Shown here piece after piece: positions 63,611-64,000 of a stretch of DNA of 64,000 bases (position 1 is its first letter; each line of letters opens with the position of its first letter). Source of the stretch: Candidatus Poribacteria bacterium (GTDB lineage Bacteria; Poribacteria; WGA-4E; WGA-3G). A model generated the notes under the pieces. That model had not been told where the DNA came from, ran no database searches, and worked only from the letters and a program-made list of their open reading frames with translations. The stretch is from the NCBI GenBank assembly GCA_965215265.1, contig OZ244048.1, positions 1,920,001 to 1,984,000 on the forward strand, written 5' to 3'. The position numbers and the translations under genes are program-made.

Positions 63611-64000
63611 TTACAGCGCCCGAAAGACTAAAATTAACACAACAATACCAGCGAGGACAACGATTAGATAGGTTTGAATCGCCCCGGTCTGGATGCGTCG
63701 AATTCTGCCTCCGACTGCCCAGGTGACTTGTGCGATACGATTGACGATGCCATCAACGACGCGGTTGTCAAAAAAGCCGGTGAAGGCAGCGAGGATATCA
63801 CGCGTGACAAGCCCAACGCCGTTAACGATGCCATCAACAATACTTCCATCAAATTGTGCAAAGAGCCGTGACTTCCATACTGTCAGGGCGACGAGTACGC
63901 CGTCATAAAATTCGTCAAAGTAGTATTTATTCCAGAATAGGTTGTAGACGGGGCGGAAGGTGTTCGCCACCGTCTCAGCGGAAAGCCGTTGTTTCTGATA
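63611..64000 (-). CDS. nuoL: NADH-quinone oxidoreductase subunit L, C-terminal part
   Basis: NKYYFDEFY...FD..IVDGIVN...RRIQTG.IQTY, upstream of nuoM. Confidence 0.9.
   Translation of the reverse strand, partial: YQKQRLSAETVANTFRPVYNLFWNKYYFDEFYDGVLVALTVWKSRLFAQFDGSIVDGIVNGVGLVTRDILAAFTGFFDNRVVDGIVNRIAQVTWAVGGRIRRIQTGAIQTYLIVVLAGIVVLILVFRAL

Overview
A 64 kb bacterial chromosomal window that mixes housekeeping genes with many secreted or surface proteins. Housekeeping content: recF(partial)-dciA-gyrB-gyrA, ftsH-folP-acpS, yigZ, mqnD, a DinG/YoaA helicase, an HtrA protease, tRNA-Gln(CTG), tRNA-Glu(CTC) and nuoL(partial)-nuoM-nuoN. The secretome includes a PorU-like C25 peptidase next to a PorV-like barrel, a second PorV-like gene, M6 and gluzincin metalloproteases, Kelch, LamG, TPR and CBM9-like proteins, and a recurring C-terminal 'VExxGKLxTxWGxLK' motif. 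This profile is consistent with Candidatus Poribacteria (inference only). The most unusual element is a tandem, mosaic island at about 49.7-57.8 kb, built from repeated [LamG protein]-[90-aa Cys-rich precursor peptide]-[Kelch protein] modules. The two peptides share a leader and a C-terminus but differ in a hypervariable segment within a C-C-C-CC-C-C scaffold, and no maturase is visible nearby. Other notable items: gyrase substitutions at quinolone and coumarin target residues, a beta/gamma-crystallin + repeat-expanded flotillin + Zn-finger/CBM-insertion locus, a degenerate orphan HEPN, a GcvH-like protein lacking the lipoyl Lys, sigma54 promoters on decaying genes, and a hairpin-dense ~400 nt candidate ncRNA upstream of ftsH. 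All calls come from motif recognition by eye; no searches were run.
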